NCBI RefSeq assembly: GCF_004010195.1
Contig: NC_057758.1
Location: forward strand, 5,391,758-5,455,757
Length of the DNA stretch: 64,000 bases
Direction: 5' to 3'
Source: Chiloscyllium plagiosum
Taxonomy: Eukaryota
Below the pieces are notes generated by a model. The model was not told where the DNA came from. It saw nothing but the letters and a program-made list of their open reading frames with translations, and searched no databases. A program made the translations under genes and the position numbers. Numbering within the stretch: position 1 is the first letter of the stretch; every line of letters begins with the position of its first letter. Below are positions 49,291-61,481 of this stretch, piece after piece.

Positions 49291-49676
49291 CCACCGCGGG
49301 AGGTGTGGCAGTAAGAAAGTGAGAGAGACGTGTGTGAGAGTGATCGAGGGCCCGAGAAATGGCAGGGGAAGAGCAGAGCGTAAGAACAACATATCAAGAA
49401 GGGTCACAGCGCAAGGAGATGTGACAGAGCGTGACGGCGATGGGGGAGGTAAGAAGGCGAAAGTGAGAGCGAAGGGTGTGCGGGGGCGTGAGCAAAAGAG
49501 AGAGAGAGAGAGAAAAAGTGATAGTATGTGGTCAGAGCACGAGGAAAGAGGGAGAAAAGGGGAGAAGAACGGAAATGAGATCAACATGGATCAGAGATTT
49601 CATTTTGGTAAATTATACAGGGCTATGGGGAGAGAGCGGAACAGGCAGATTAGTTTGGGGATTGATACAGGAGATG

Positions 49677-49765
49677 GAAATGTGTTGCTGGAAAAGCGCA
49701 GCAGGTCAGGCAGCATCTAGGGAACAGGAGAATCGACGTTTCGGGCATTAGCCCTTCTTCAGGAT
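49677..49765 (-). mobile_element. Short Penelope terminus insertion with hammerhead core
   Basis: Flanked by ggattgatacaggag direct repeats (~49659 and ~49762); the reverse complement reads CTGAAGAAGGGCTAATGCCCGAAACGTC. Confidence 0.8.
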
Positions 49766-51239
49766 TGATACAGGAGTGTGGGAAGAGGGAAGGGCAGTGC
49801 AATTCGTTTACCGATTGATACAGGGATGTAAAATGAAGGGGACAAAGTCACTCATCACTCTCACTGTCATTTCGTAGATTTCACCTAGACAACGGACCCT
49901 AATTGTAATCTCTTGGGAATAGCCAAGCAACCGTCGGGGAAACAGGTTTTAAACTCTCTAAGGCACCATGCCTTCATTAAAGTACTTTACCCTGGTCTTC
50001 ACAGGGCACGTTCACGGGATGAGTAGGTGGACGGGGTGATGAAGATGGGGAATGGTGGGGGAGGTGGTGTCAATGGGCAATGGTAAGGGAGCTGACGAAT
50101 ACGGAGACTCGCAGTGTCTTTTCAATCTTTCTGTTTTTCTTTCATAAACTGCAGATCCTGTTTGTATATCGGTGATTGGGGTACAGCTAAGTCAGACGAA
50201 CAGGAGCCCAATGACTGATTCCTAGTGAAGGCAATCGGTGTGAACAAGTGACCAGTTTTCAAAAGGGACGACTCTCCATTTGACAACAATGTCGCAATTC
50301 ATTGTGAAGACACCGAGGATAGTCTGGGCTGTGACCAGGGCGTGGAGAAGCTTCATGAGACCCTAGAGAGGAATGAGGGTGGGTGTTACTGAAGATTGGT
50401 TGAGCAGTATGTGTCAGCCCGTAAGAGTGTCGCAGGTCGGGCTGTGCCAGAGGGCTGGGGTCTGGGTTGGAAACACCAGCAGATGCGCAAATGGAGCAGA
50501 ATGTGGCTCCAAACCTAGAGACAGTGAGGCGAGTTGGAACAGAGAGGATAAAGGTTTGGAGAACCGGAAAGGAAGTGGTGGGACCATGGGAGGCTGGAGT
50601 GGAAAGGAAGGCAGAGCAGAGCAGCGCTGCATCGGGGACTTAACTATCCACTGTAAATGGGGACAGTGAGTATGTTGGTGCCATCGAGCATCTTGCGATG
50701 TTTGATCCAGGGCCAGCAGACATGGATAAGGCAGTTGATCCCTTCATCAGGAATGCCAGGCAGTGATTATGCCCAAAATATCCATTGTTCTGCTACTCGA
50801 ATGCTGCCTGACGTACCGTGCTTTCTCAGCGACAAACTTTCCGGCTCGGATCTCCAGCATCTGCAGTCCTCACTTTCTCCTTAATCAGATGCTCCTATCG
50901 GTGTGCGATGGATTTTTAGTTTGATAAGGCAACCCGAGGCAGGACTTATACAATTAATAGTAGGACCCTGGAGACGAGGGTGAAGAAGATGTTAGGAATG
51001 GTTGGCTTCATTGGTCAGAATATAGAATCTCGGAGTTGTGATGTCATGTTCCGGCTATACATGACATTAGTGAGACCACGATTGGAATACTGCATTCAAT
51101 TCTGGTCTCCCAGGCAGAGGAGAAATTTTGTTAAATGCAGAAAACATTGAAGGATGTTGAATTCGTATTTGAGCCACAGGGAGAGGAACAATAGGCTGGA
51201 GCAATTTTCCCAGGAATGTTGGATGCTGAGAGGTGATCC

Positions 51240-51432
51240 AGTCAGTACGTCTGAGCATCCATTTCGTTAGTCAGTCGCCTGTGCGTCCATTCGTTCAGTC
51301 AGCCAGTCAGTCAGTGAGTTTAATCAGTCAGTCATTCAGTCCCTCCATTCTGTCAGTCAGTGAGAACAATCATTCAGTTAGTCAGTGCGTTCTTTCAGTC
51401 AGTCAATTAGTGCGCCCAGTCAGTCAGTCAAA
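51240..51432. repeat. Degenerate (TCAG)n microsatellite
   Basis: agtcagtcagtc runs. Confidence 0.85.
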
Positions 51433-51857
51433 GTGTGGAAGAAAGTGAAAGCGACGTGACTTGTTTAAACCAAAATAGTCAGGGGTAGAGACTTTGAGCA
51501 ATTAACAAACTTTACCATGACCAGAGGGAGTTAAATCTTCCTTCATAAAGTCCGACACAATTCCAAACAAATACAAAATGATACAGGCTGTATAGATAAT
51601 CAAAGCTCGCTGCTCATAAAATGTGCACCCGCGGGGCAGTCATGAAGTTCCCATACATTTTCCAGACCAATATTTCTTAATATCTACGAAACCGAATGTT
51701 ACATTTTATTCCAGGTTTAGCAAGGCTAGAATTTCCAATAAGGGACAGAGAGAAACAATTCATCATTTTCTGGGATAGAGCTAACGATACTGAGGAGCCG
51801 AGACTTCTTGAAGCTGCAAGGTGAGTATTATCAGAGCGGGATTGTTCTCACACTTCA

Positions 51858-53340
51858 TTAAAAGGCTCGAAATCTTACTGCAAAATTTGCTTGTGACCGA
51901 ATGTCTTCTAACTGTTTTGTGTCAATTTTGGCCAATTCTTCTTCAATCCTTACTTTTTTTTTAAAGAAAGGAACGGATATGGAGCCAGGGGGATTGTCAT
52001 GGAGTGGTAGTTGGAGATCCGACAGATCATCCTCGGGATTGGTAGGAAAAGGGGCAGAAGGGTCCAGGTAATGAGAATCGACATTTGGGGTTTCATCAGG
52101 AAGAGAAAACCTCGGCATCTGCGGAATCACTGACGACCAGAGCCAAAACAAGGAATTGAATCTTCCACTGGCCAGTTGGACACAGACAATAATCATAGTT
52201 AGGATAGCAATGGCCACGATGAGGACTATGAGGTCACTTCATCATACCCGAACCATCGGTCCAGCCAGCTCCACAAATCCCACTAGGAACTGTTCTCGTG
52301 GAGCTCTGTGACTACTTTAGAGATATGGTTCGCAACACTGGTGATGTTCTCAGTGGCATAGGGAATGTAGTTGCAACAGGTAGAGCCTATCAGGGCATCC
52401 TTGCTCCGTTTCTCAGCTCACAAATAATCCAGGGCCAGCCTGTTCTGCAGGGCCATAGTGCGAATGGCGATCATTTCTGCATTTATCTCAGCAAGGGCTG
52501 TGGCAGTGTTGTTTGCCACTGCTTCGAGAAATGCGGCCAGGCGCCTTACTTCAATATGTATCGAGCAGTTGCAAAAGGGAAGAGAAAAATCCGAAAAACT
52601 GTTTTGAAATGGCAATGGATCTGTTGCAGCGAGACCAAAGCTGTTCAAATGAGGAGGAGTGGGATTCATAGAGGAAAGAATCACATACTCCAAATAGCAG
52701 TTGCCAGTCTAGAAAAAGGTGAAGGCTGGGCTCAGCTGGACAGTCCCACTCGGAGTGGCCGTGAACACTTTTCTTGGGAATCTGAGTGATCGGAAGGATG
52801 TTTTCCAGGCCAAGAGAACTGATGTGCAGAGAGGAGGAGCATGTGCTGGATCTCACCTCCCAATCCCTCTGCAGGCTGCTTTTGAAGCAGATCGTAGCCT
52901 GCGCAGTACACCTTGGATTGTGGTTTTGGTAGGGAACAGGGCAGTGGGTATGCGCGCAAGATTGCATGCAACTTCAAGACAAACTGCAGACAATACCCTG
53001 CTGACTCCCAGATATACCTTATTGTTTGTTGTGGTGAGGGGTAGAGGGAATCTGAACCATCACACCGGCAGGCTGGGTCTGATATAACCACCATTCAACC
53101 ATCTCAGAGATATGAAGTGTGACGGCCAATGGGGAATGTCTCCTATAGAGTGGACAGGAATATGAATACACATCCAGCATCGGGCGTAATTGACCTTCTG
53201 TGCATAAATAGAAGTATTAAACTGTAATTCTGTTAACTGGAGGTTTTCAGGTTATCCATTGTGTCCCAAAAAACTTAGTCAGTGAAAGAAAGATAAGAAA
53301 GAGTGTAGTGAAAGGAAGGATGATCAGGCTGAGACATTTG
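51858..53340 (-). pseudogene. env: Gamma-type retroviral envelope, disrupted
   Basis: SU NYARCWMCIHIP (CXXC, 53168-53179); furin-like RCNR followed by SIAISKQFFGFF; heptad LEAVANNTATALAEINAEM; ISD LQNRLALDYL; [D]ALIGSTCC; WDLWSWLDRWFG; TM IVAIAILTMIIVCV. Confidence 0.92.
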
Positions 53341-53389
53341 CAGACGGATGCTGAACAAATGTCTCTGACGGGGACTTCTGGTTTTCCTC

Positions 53390-54458
53390 CAGTGCTTTTG
53401 CATTGTTTTGCGCGCATCTATTTGGGCCTCCCCTTGACCTTGACCGCTGTGCAGGTGACAAGCAGAACCAGGAATGGATCTTCCATTTGCCCATTCCTAA
53501 TTTTGAGGCTTAGTGTACCTGTGATTGTAAACTTTGATGAGCTTGGGGAAACTAATGGAAATATTTCCGACGTGTCCACCACAATATTAGCAGCAGTATC
53601 AGTTAGTGGGATGGTCTTCATGCCACTGCAAAAAAATCTACAATTATTAGACAATATTCAGAAAAATATATGCGAGATGATTCTATAAAAACAAGCTGTA
53701 GTCAAGTAAAATATAAGGCCCCACCAGGCAAGAAAGTCGCTAACAAACTCAAGTCATCCTTTTTCACAGCATGTGTCTTGTTGATTTACAAATTGCAGCA
53801 GCTCTTTTCTTAGCTGCTTTCTGAAATTCGGGGTACCACTAAGTTTATAATCGAACAATAACCATTCCCTCCTTGCCCAAGTGTATACCATTATGCACAC
53901 AATCAACTAAAATAGGCAGCAGCAAAGAAGGAACACAACTTGTTGGTTTGAGTATCGAGGGATTACCCTATTTGAGGCAACAGTTTATACTCTTCAGCCA
54001 GCGGCATCCCAGTTATTCTGTTCCTTGCCCAGGTCTGTCATACCTGTCCGCATATTGTCTCTACTCGGGGTTTGCTGGCGACCCAATGGGGGCAAAAATT
54101 TTGGGATACAAGTCTGCCTGCTTGGCAGCAACATCTGTCTGTTCATTCCTTCGACGACTGTACCAATTGCCTGAACGACAGCCGAACATCTTGATAATTG
54201 CCAGATTGATTGGACAAATCATTATTGCGAATAGGCTGCCCATGGAGGTTAAAAATCTTCAATGTTCCCACAAGGTTCTGCAATGTTGGATCACATCAAA
54301 ATGACAACGAGAGTCAGTGAAGACTTACATGTTTTCCTTTCGATCGGATGCAAGCACATTCTCAGGTGAACGTAGCACAAATAGCCAACTTTCTGGTATT
54401 GAAACTGGCTCTAATGCAACGAGGGATAAGTCGGCTTCTCAGAAATCAATTGTGTTAG
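53390..54458 (-). pseudogene. pol: Retroviral pol 3' part: RNase H and internally deleted integrase
   Basis: VFTDSRCHF..LWEH*RFLTSMG..LAIIK..RRNEQTDVAAKQA (RNase H); VHNGIHLGKEGM..WYPEF (HHCC region); DPFLVLLVTCTAVKVKGRPK*MRAKQCK (GPY/F module). Confidence 0.88.
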
Positions 54459-54958
54459 NNNNNNNNNNNNNNNNNNNNNNNNNNNNNNNNNNNNNNNNNN
54501 NNNNNNNNNNNNNNNNNNNNNNNNNNNNNNNNNNNNNNNNNNNNNNNNNNNNNNNNNNNNNNNNNNNNNNNNNNNNNNNNNNNNNNNNNNNNNNNNNNNN
54601 NNNNNNNNNNNNNNNNNNNNNNNNNNNNNNNNNNNNNNNNNNNNNNNNNNNNNNNNNNNNNNNNNNNNNNNNNNNNNNNNNNNNNNNNNNNNNNNNNNNN
54701 NNNNNNNNNNNNNNNNNNNNNNNNNNNNNNNNNNNNNNNNNNNNNNNNNNNNNNNNNNNNNNNNNNNNNNNNNNNNNNNNNNNNNNNNNNNNNNNNNNNN
54801 NNNNNNNNNNNNNNNNNNNNNNNNNNNNNNNNNNNNNNNNNNNNNNNNNNNNNNNNNNNNNNNNNNNNNNNNNNNNNNNNNNNNNNNNNNNNNNNNNNNN
54901 NNNNNNNNNNNNNNNNNNNNNNNNNNNNNNNNNNNNNNNNNNNNNNNNNNNNNNNNNN
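54459..54958. other. Assembly gap (500 N) at the expected RT position
   Basis: Run of N. Confidence 1.
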
Positions 54959-57052
54959 TTCTTTGAAGATTGATGTCACCGTGTTAATGTGTCCTGCGAT
55001 TCTGAATGGGATGCATTTGATTTAAGAAGCTTTAATTCTGAGTTATCCATAAATATCTTGAATAATTTTAGTGTAAAATTAGAGTATTGATCGTATTGAT
55101 TTTCGGTGAGTTACCCATATCTAGTTAAAGAAAGGTACCTCCTCTGCCTCCTTTTAACTTTGAAAATGCATAATGGAATGACATCATAATCCAGTCAACA
55201 TGTTCAATACGGCGAATAATTATTTATTCCTTCTTCTCGTTATAGGGAAATTTCCTACGCAATTCATTAACAATCTTGTAAAAGGTTCGTGAAATGCTGG
55301 AATCAGTATTCAGGGTGTTGGTCATCTCATTAACTCAAATGTTTTCATTATTTGACACATGTGAAGTCGTCGGCAAAATTCTAGAACAGCTATGTTCATT
55401 TCATTCCAATAAAACTACATTTATTTTTTCAAGTTTGGCTTGTGCTTTCCTTACTCCCAAATGACCTATTATTGTTAAGTAATATACTGAGAACAACATC
55501 TCCTTTCTGCTCATTTTTTCATCCGCCTGAATATGTAATTATCCTCATTACATCAAGACTTCATTTTTACCACAATATAATTCGGAGGTAAACTCAGAGT
55601 TTTCTTCTCGGTCTGCTTTTAGGATCAAATGCTTCTTCTGGTGCTTCCTCTGTCGTAGTTCAGTTAACTTCTCCGAACTAAAAATGTCCTCTTGGACCTC
55701 CACTTGATCTTGTTTTTTCTTCTCAGCTGTTTGATCATACAGAGCTGCTGACAATTGAACGTTAACTGTTTTGTCTTTATTCTTTTATTTCCCCTTCCGT
55801 TTCAACATGCGGTTTTGCAACTCTGCTGACAAGCATTCAGGAAACGTTTCAGGGTGTACCTCCTCTAACATCTCAGTTGTCCGTTGTTCCATTGGTTTTT
55901 CAATCACAACCGGCATCATTTCCACCTGTGATCTAGCTATGTCATTATCGGCGTTAAACTTTATGTCTTGAACAGAGAATTTATTTATCCTTCTTGCAAT
56001 TTCATCAGTACTTTTCATCTTATTTTCCTAACTTGCTTTATTCAACGGAAAGGTTCCTCTCTAACCACAATTCCACATATTACCACTTTTATTTCTGGTA
56101 ACCTTTTTTTCTGAATTGTATCTCTCTTCATTTCTCACTGTCAAATATTGACTTCCTCCCATTTCACTGTTTTTTTTAACACAATCCTCCTAGCTCAAAT
56201 GTTTAAAACAAACCGACACAGGTAAATTCTTTAAAGAGGTCTGCCACTTTCTCTGAAACACCATCTGACTAGTTTGTGATTCTGTTGCGTTATCTATGCT
56301 TTCTTTGACCACGTACTTACTTATCCTGTTTTATCAGATCTGCCTTCCCAGTGGTTTTCAAGTGGTTTTATTTATTACTGTGGAAATATCTGATGTTGTT
56401 TATTTTCTCTTTCTCACTCATGGGTTTTTTGCTTAACTTGTCGCAAAATATTTTTAATATCTTCGATATGATCACACTTGCCCTTAAACAACTTAGGATG
56501 CCTATTTTCCATAATGCTTCACCCTCATATATTGGAAATGATGCTCGAAGCCAAAATTCGATAAATTAACTGACTCATAATCAGCTGCCATTTGCGCTGT
56601 TGACATTACAGTGAAAAAATATGTTCCTCCAGATGAGTGCTGATGACTTCAAGCAGTGAATGTTTGACTCCTCCAAAATAACAGCTTCTCTCCGAGCTTC
56701 ATATGTTAACACGATATTCAATACCTTTGTAAAACAATCAAAGTTAGTTTAATTGTTCCATTCTAATTTTATGCATGTTTTATCAAGTTACTTCTTCAGA
56801 TTCTCTAGAACGTAGTCTGTGAGCTTCTGGCTCTAGTTCATGTGCACGACATAATAAGTTAGTTTGATTGAGCATTGATCACATTAGCCATGTTATTTGT
56901 TTCGGCTCTTCATTAACTCGACCATTCTCGTCGAAGCTCGGCAACGTTTGAATGTATTTAAACAGATCCCCGCCAGGCCTTCGGCAACGATTGGTTTGAT
57001 TTTCATCACTGACCTCATCACGACACTAACCTGTTACCTTTAGCTGAGCCAT
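54959..57052 (-). pseudogene. gag-like and aspartyl-protease-like remnant
   Basis: VIC/WNCG*RG (one frameshift, ~56055-56095) resembles CX2CX4H; TLNTDSSISRT (~55290-55316) resembles LDTGxSIS; many stops. Confidence 0.5.
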
Positions 57053-57095
57053 TTTACGTCGTATTTGCCTTTTCAGCAAAGACAGTGAAACACTA

Positions 57096-58570
57096 ATGAG
57101 AGAAGCATTGTGGGAGTATCAGCAAACATTCATCCCTTGGAAACAGAAGCCTCCTAAATGGAGTGCGAAGCAACCGTGCCTGACAAGCAAATTCAGAAAT
57201 AGCATCAAAGCAAAAGTCAAAGCATACCATGCAGTGAAGGGCAGTGGGAGGGCAGAGGATTGGGAAGCCTACAAAGACCAACGCGGGATAAATATAAAAG
57301 GAATGTGGAGGGAGAAGGCTAAATATATGGGTAGGTTAGCCAATAATATGAAAGAAATGGACTTTGAACGGCGGGGAAAAGACGTTAGAGAAATTGTGTT
57401 GTGGTTCATAGAAATTGTGGAGAAACTGAACAACTTCTTTGCGTCAGTCTTCGCATTGGAAGATTAGAGTAACGTTCCAAAACTCCCAGAGGGCCGGTGG
57501 CAAAGGTGGGAATGGTGGCCATTATCAAGTAGCAGTTGCCAGAAAAACTGAAAGGTCGAAAGGTGGCCAAAACCTTCCGCCCAGCTGGACTATACCACGG
57601 AGTCTGAACAAGATATCTAAACAGCTAATGAAGGTTTAAGTGAAGGTTTGGAGGAGATGGTCTTGGATTGGGGTTGAAAAGTTTAAAAACCAAACAACAC
57701 CAGGTTATAGTTCAGCGGATTTATTTGGTTTCACGAACCTTTGAAGCACTTTTCCTTCATCAGGTGGCTGTGGAGACGGTGTAAGTGGTAATCTTGCAGG
57801 AGTCACTGCATTCAGGGAGGTCTCAGAAATCTGCAAACTAGTTAATGCATACACATGATTAAGAAGGGTATAAGGCAAAAGATGGCAGAATAAGGCCGTT
57901 TGGCAAGAGCTTTGTCGTTGGTAAGATTTTGGAGTCCATTGTGAAGGCCGAAATGTCTCAATATCTGGAAGTGCATGGTAATTAGGGAACAGTCAGCATG
58001 TTTTCATCAAGGGAAGGTTATACTTGAGAATTCTGCTCGAATTCATTGAGGAGATACCGAGCAGGTTAGACAAAGGAGAGCTAATGGCTGTTATCTACTC
58101 GAGCTTCCAGAAAGACTTTGACAATTTACCACACAGGAGGCTGTTGAGTGAGACAACAGCACATGAGGTGACAGGCAATGCACTATCATGGATAGATTAT
58201 TGGCAGAAGGCAGAGAGTGGGAATGAAAGGATACTTCTCAGCGTGGCAAACACTGACTGGTGGGGTTCTGCAAGGGTCAATGTTGGGTATACGAGCTTTC
58301 ATTGCCTACATTAGTGATCGCAATTAAGGAACTGTGGGCATTCTGGCTAAAGTTTCAGATGATGCCGAGATAGGTGGAGGGGCAGGTAGTATTGAGAATC
58401 CGAGGAGTCTGGAGAAGGATTTAGGCAGGTTTAGAGTGGCAGATGGATGACATCATGGGAAATTGTGAGATCATGTACTTTGGTAAGAAGAATGCAGGCA
58501 TCAACTAATTTCTAAATGGGCGACAGTTCAGAAATCTGAGTGCAAAGAAACTAGTCCAGGAATATCTTAA
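57096..58570 (+). mobile_element. Degraded CR1 ORF2
   Basis: EDWEAYK, EKLNNFFASVF and LLEFIEEIPSRLDKGELMAVIYSSFQKDFDNLPHRRLL. Confidence 0.85.
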
Positions 58571-58571
58571 G

Positions 58572-60226
58572 GTACGAAAACAGACGTTGCAGGAAAAGCT
58601 CGTCAGTTCTGGCAGCATTCTGAAGATGAATCAGTGTTATCGTTTTGGGTCCGGTGACCCGTTCTCAAAACTGATGGTAACAGGTTAAATGTCAGTTTAT
58701 ATGCAGACGTAATGTGGAGAAAGGGTGTAAGTAGTAAACGATACATGGCGACAGAACCCAAAGAGAGAGAAGAGCAGTGGGGCTAACAAAGAGGAAGCTA
58801 TCGATTCGGCTAAGGGGAGTAAAAAGCAGTTAATGGAGACATTTCGTAGCTAACAAAACGTAGTTTGCAATGGCAGACTATCTGGTTGCAAGTCCTTAAG
58901 TGTGGAGTAGGGGTCTATGTTCAGTCCCTATCATTATTGGAATGCATATTGAGCCTGGAGCACTGCAGTGCTCCCAAAAGTGGTGTTGTTCTATCAACTT
59001 GCATTGAGCTTCACTTGAACACTGCGACAGACTGAAGACAGAGATGCTGGCCAGGGAACAGCGAGTTATGTTCATGTGGCAAGTAACTGGAAGCCAGGGT
59101 GATTTTTCTTGCGGGCAGAACGTAGATGGTGTGCGGAGACGTCGCCCAGTTTGTGCTTTGATTTTCCAATGTGGAATAAAGTAAATTAGATTGCTTGAAG
59201 TGCAGGTGAAGTGCTGTTTCATCTGGGAAGTAAATTTTGTCCCTTGGACGGATAGAAAGGAAGAGGTAAATAGGCTGGTGTTACCACCCTGTGTTGAGAA
59301 TGTTGGGAGTGAAGGAAGAGTGGACCAGCGTGTCCAAAAGGGAACGGTCCCTGCAGTAGATGGGGAAAGGAGGGGTGTAGAACATGCATCTGGTGTTATT
59401 ATCTCACTGGAGGTAGTGAAGATGGGGGCTGATTGAGGATACTGGTTGGATGGTAGTTACTTTCATGTCCCTGTTGTCGGAGGGAAGAGAATGGATGAGG
59501 GCAGAAGTGTAGAAGATGGCTTCAATCCGGTTGAATGCCAATGTCGAACAAGTCTTCTTTTCGGGAGGCTCACTTGTCGAAGTTGGACTCACCGGAACAT
59601 ATGTGATGGAGACAGAGGAACTGAGAGAATGGAGTGGAGTCTTTGCAGAAAGAAAGGTGTTAGCATGTACAGTCCAGGTAGCTGTTGGAGTCGGAGCGTA
59701 TCGGTAAACAGTTACTTTCGAAATGGAAACAGAGATAGCGAGGAAGAAGGGGAGGGGTCAGAGGTAGACCGGATGAAATTGAGGTATGGTGGAAATTAGA
59801 TCTACTCCAGTTTACAAAACCGCTGCTCAATGTGGTCTCCTAGAGATGAGGAAAATGGAACAGAGACTAAGTGACTGTTTCACAGAACACTGACATTCTG
59901 CCCACAAAACAGACCCTGAGCTTCCAATAGCCTACCACTTCAATGCATGAACCTGTTCCCTGACCAACATTACTGACTCAAGCCTGCTGTAGTGTTCCAG
60001 AGAACATCGGCGTAAGCTGGAAGACAAATACTTCATTTGTCTGCTCGGGACCTTGCAGCGCTCCAGTCTCAATGTCGAGTTCAATAATTTTAGGGTCTGA
60101 ACTCTCCCATGTCCTTGCTCCCTCCCCCAAACAACAGGCCTTGGTATCATACATTCTGCCATTCCACACTACATGTCACTGGCACTCTCCTTGGCAAGAT
60201 CGTTATCTACTCCTTTGTCTGTCCAA
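58572..60226. mobile_element. Old Penelope-like fragments in opposite orientations (minus ~58572-59800, plus ~59800-60226)
   Basis: KQHFTCTSSNLIY and LPVTCHMN on minus; LPIAYHFN and KLEDKYFICLLGTLQ on plus. Confidence 0.75.
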
Positions 60227-60949
60227 NNNNNNNNNNNNNNNNNNNNNNNNNNNNNNNNNNNNNNNNNNNNNNNNNNNNNNNNNNNNNNNNNNNNNNNNNN
60301 NNNNNNNNNNNNNNNNNNNNNNNNNNNNNNNNNNNNNNNNNNNNNNNNNNNNNNNNNNNNNNNNNNNNNNNNNNNNNNNNNNNNNNNNNNNNNNNNNNNN
60401 NNNNNNNNNNNNNNNNNNNNNNNNNNNNNNNNNNNNNNNNNNNNNNNNNNNNNNNNNNNNNNNNNNNNNNNNNNNNNNNNNNNNNNNNNNNNNNNNNNNN
60501 NNNNNNNNNNNNNNNNNNNNNNNNNNNNNNNNNNNNNNNNNNNNNNNNNNNNNNNNNNNNNNNNNNNNNNNNNNNNNNNNNNNNNNNNNNNNNNNNNNNN
60601 NNNNNNNNNNNNNNNNNNNNNNNNNNNNNNNNNNNNNNNNNNNNNNNNNNNNNNNNNNNNNNNNNNNNNNNNNNNNNNNNNNNNNNNNNNNNNNNNNNNN
60701 NNNNNNNNNNNNNNNNNNNNNNNNNNNNNNNNNNNNNNNNNNNNNNNNNNNNNNNNNNNNNNNNNNNNNNNNNNNNNNNNNNNNNNNNNNNNNNNNNNNN
60801 NNNNNNNNNNNNNNNNNNNNNNNNNNNNNNNNNNNNNNNNNNNNNNNNNNNNNNNNNNNNNNNNNNNNNNNNNNNNNNNNNNNNNNNNNNNNNNNNNNNN
60901 NNNNNNNNNNNNNNNNNNNNNNNNNNNNNNNNNNNNNNNNNNNNNNNNN
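60227..60949. other. Assembly gap
   Basis: Run of N. Confidence 1.
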
Positions 60950-61481
60950 GGGACTCATATGTAAGGAACGATGTATTGGCCCTGATGTGTATCAAGATGA
61001 GGTTTACAATAATGATCTCTGGAATGAAAGACTAAACATCTTTCATCACGTTTGACGACTCTGGGTTGAAACTGAATGGATGAGCGTGGATCTAGATGAA
61101 ATTTACAGAATACTAAAGGCCTTGAATAGAGTAGATGGAGGGAGGATGTTCCCATTTGCGGGAGACACGAGTACCCGAGGGCACAACCTGAGAGTAAAGA
61201 AAGACCGTTCAGATCGGATATAAGGAGAGCCTGGTGAATCAATGGAATTCATAGATACAGAAGGTCATGGAGACCACGTCGTTGTATAAAGTTAAGATAG
61301 AGGCTGTCAATTTCTTGACTGTGAAGGGAACCAAAGATTATACGTACTTTGAATATGCCGAACAGATACTGTGCATTGAAACGATAAGAGAAAATGCTTG
61401 TAACGTTTTCTAAAAAAAAACAAAGCTTTTGCAATGAAAATCAAACCTCCCGGTTTGGGTACATTTTATTCTCGGAGAAAA

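Larger units (their letters stand above)
51450..57052 (-). mobile_element. Decayed endogenous retrovirus, class I (gamma/epsilon-like): gag-pro-[gap]-RNaseH-IN-env
   Basis: Collinear minus-strand motifs: zinc-knuckle remnant, protease-like LNTDSSIS, RNase H, integrase, and env with an immunosuppressive domain. No LTR or PBS recognised. Confidence 0.85.

Noticed and set aside
48771..49720. ORFs of 133-208 aa with internal repeats
   Set aside because: Products of the G-rich tandem duplication and biased composition.
51450..51857. Candidate 3' LTR and polypurine tract of the ERV
   Set aside because: No clear PPT, TG...CA boundary or matching 5' copy was found.
52298..53094. Env TM motif considered as a filovirus- or arenavirus-like glycoprotein, or as a domesticated syncytin-like gene
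   Set aside because: Adjacent RNase H and integrase show a retroviral origin, and stops and frameshifts, including one right after the ISD, argue against an intact co-opted gene.
1536..61055. Long ORFs made mostly of X (e.g. 1536..2239, 4211..4904, 32854..33560, 54317..54979, 60072..61055)
   Set aside because: Artefacts of translating N-gaps.
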